DNA from: a virus
Taxonomy: Duplodnaviria > Caudoviricetes
DNA: 25,921 nt
Direction: 5' to 3' (one strand)
Virus record (IMG/VR): IMGVR_UViG_3300017912_000085
Span: 1 to 25,921 of that record
Below the pieces are notes generated by a model that saw nothing but the letters and a program-made list of their open reading frames with translations, was not told where the DNA came from and made no database searches. Each line of letters begins with the position of its first letter. The first letter of the stretch is position 1. The position numbers and the translations under genes are program-made. Shown in pieces: positions 24,801 to 25,921 of this stretch.

Positions 24801-25921
24801 GCAGGATCACCGCTGTTAATATATGTGCCATTTATGCCAACATAGTATTTACCTGTTTCTGGGTCAAAAGCGTGATTGATAACATCACCGCCCGATGCCG
24901 TTGTGTATACAGATGAGTATGTTCCGTCAGATTGTCTTACCTTTCCGGTAGCAGGCTCAAAAGCAACACTACCGGGATACGTGCTTTGCAATCCTAAATA
25001 GTCAGAAGCGCTACCCACAAGCCTCTGACCTGTTTGCATTAACCCAAAACGAACATCTGCACCGGGATAAGATGCACCGTATGTTTCCCAATAACATTTA
25101 TGATTGCTTGCAGAAAAGGTTGCTCTTGTTATGCCAAAACTGCTTGCAGAAGCACCAGAATAACGCAAGGAACCCTCTCCAAAAGCGTTAAGTCCGATTT
25201 CATCATTTTCATTTAAGGTAGCAAAGTTATTAGTCGGGCTGTCTAGCACGACATCGCTTGCGGCTAGGTTGTTTGCAGTAAAGTCATTGGCGTTGCCAGA
25301 TAGGTCATCGCCAATAGCACTACTATCTGCGAATGACAGGTAGAAGCCGTTAGTGCCATAGCTACCGCTGTATTCCTTTGGCACCCACACACCGTCAACA
25401 GTTTCGCCAAAATTATCAGCATCTAAAGCAGTTCCGTCAATAAAGTTGACCTCTGCCATATAGCCGTCAAAAGTATGTGAGCCAGTTGAATAAGCACCAA
25501 TAACGTGGTCATTGCCACTTACGTTTATAGTGCTATCAGAGTTTAGGTTGGGATGCAGTTCCGAAGACCAATCTGTAATCTGCTCTCCATTTATATAAAC
25601 TCTGTTTCTGTCAGCGTCTGTAGCTTGAGTAGTGTCTACTCGCCAAACTATATGATACCACGCACCTACATCTCTAAATTTCTGGGTTGAAACTTTGTAT
25701 CTGCCACCAGCACCATCAAAAACTTGGGCGTAAAGAGTGTCGTCAGCTTGAAATTCTAATTCACTGAGTGAACTACTTTTACCATCACCAAACAACCATG
25801 CTCTAGTTGAAACACTTGACCTTTTGACCCAAGCACTCCAAGTCCAAGTTTTTGCATTACTTGTTGTTGTGATATCACGTTTTAAAAACGCACTATCGTC
25901 ATTATTAAACCGCAAAGACTG
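21848..25921 (-). CDS. Large tail fibre / receptor-binding protein (5' end outside the window): two LamG/ConA-like plus SPRY-like modules and a cupredoxin-like insertion
   Basis: Frame is open to the window edge (QSLRFNND...). Duplicated motifs WYHIxxxxDTTQAT, GFYLxFADSSAIGDDxSGNxNDFT, DSPTxNFAT, NFGQD, GxLAL. Ends AFAEAPFKFANAR. Confidence 0.85.
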   Translation of the reverse strand, partial: QSLRFNNDDSAFLKRDITTTSNAKTWTWSAWVKRSSVSTRAWLFGDGKSSSLSELEFQADDTLYAQVFDGAGGRYKVSTQKFRDVGAWYHIVWRVDTTQATDADRNRVYINGEQITDWSSELHPNLNSDSTINVSGNDHVIGAYSTGSHTFDGYMAEVNFIDGTALDADNFGETVDGVWVPKEYSGSYGTNGFYLSFADSSAIGDDLSGNANDFTANNLAASDVVLDSPTNNFATLNENDEIGLNAFGEGSLRYSGASASSFGITRATFSASNHKCYWETYGASYPGADVRFGLMQTGQRLVGSASDYLGLQSTYPGSVAFEPATGKVRQSDGTYSSVYTTASGGDVINHAFDPETGKYYVGINGTYINSGDPAAGTGNIDTLSTTDTFAPAVSDTATGNKYFNFGQDGSFAGTKTSGGYSDDNGNGDFFNQPPTGFLALCSANLPEPAIGPGQSEQADDYFETMLYTGTGAEQHIGAGGAQHPQDTITIANSLKFNSADSSLLSYQPGANGDTKIMTYSGWIKRGSTSKYQLMFQAVDSQYDSIWIEPTNHKLQVILGSTSTAIVQTNMTFKDASKWYHICVNIDTTQATNTDRIKVWVDGNLQTLDTSGGGYPTQNAVFAAWFKSGITHRINFDGGSTYGDGYYAEVHVTEGTTYDYTYFGQVGSNGYWIPKTVSGIAYGDEGFYLDFADSSAIGDDESGNTNDFTATNTAATDVTIDSPTQNFATFDPNNPSGTTLTFSEGNLKAERTSSSFAQAYSTFKVTTGKWYAEFLLDTGNSGVGVIAGETIPGSNRYMGQDSYTYGYYFDGRKVNNASYTSYGDSYTTAADGSGDVIGVLINADDGEISFSKNGTVQNSGTPAFSGVKGPFRFAIASESNCFHIANFGQDDTFAGLKTSGSAAAADDNGRGTFYDTPPSGYLALVDDNIPVEGIASPDWLWIKERSSTSGHFFFDTVRGVHKYVQAQSTAAEVTDITQVQSFDNQGFTVGSSTGINQDGVTNVAWTWKAGGISPTQTYTVKVVSDSGNKYRFDDFGTSAITLSLQEGGTYTFDQSDSSNSGHPLRFSTTSDGTHGGGSEYTVGVTTSGTPGSSGAKTVITVAHGAPTLYYYCNVHSGMGGQANTTETHGSTNVKGSIQSVVSASQDSGFSIVSYTGTGSNATVGHGLSSAPEMIIVRNRDSASRDWPVGHDDLGGWANYIQLNLTNGTTTGVSAIWNSTAPTSSVFSIGTNNQLNESTKKHIAYCFHSVEGYCNIGSYVGNSSTDGTFVYLGFRPAWVLIKSTSSGTNTCIFDSKRLGYNVDNNLLRIASSTEQTDDDVDFVSNGLKFRRSSTNFNNSSHTYFYLAFAEAPFKFANAR

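Noticed and set aside
21848-25921. Diversity-generating retroelement target in the duplicated tail modules
   Set aside because: No reverse transcriptase, and no near-identical repeat pair differing only at adenines. The modules are broadly diverged.

Overview
This window is a fragment of a marine podovirus-like phage genome, most similar in gene content and order to the HMO-2011-type phages of marine Alphaproteobacteria (SAR116/Roseobacter). That placement rests on recognised motifs, not a database search. The + strand (1-13588) is an early/replication arm: DenV-like glycosylase, DUF932 protein, tyrosine recombinase, primase, SF4 helicase, family A polymerase with a DnaJ-type CxxCxGxG insertion, probable SSB, Cas4-like nuclease, T7 endonuclease I-like resolvase, DUF3310, class II ribonucleotide reductase, an Rmf-like protein and MazG. 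The - strand (13591-25921) is a convergent virion arm: probable internal/ejection proteins, a small membrane protein, a tail-fibre chaperone and a 5'-truncated large receptor-binding protein. The most notable observations are: (i) seven sigma70-like promoters written into the 3' ends of coding genes; (ii) about 19 unbroken 11-residue Gln/Asn repeats suggesting a phiX174-H-like DNA tube; (iii) a cupredoxin-like domain with a full His/Cys/His/Met set nested in the tail protein; (iv) an A18 tract that could fuse two ORFs; (v) an Rmf-like gene beside mazG; (vi) two small ORFs missed by the ORF track. I saw no tRNA, rRNA or CRISPR array.
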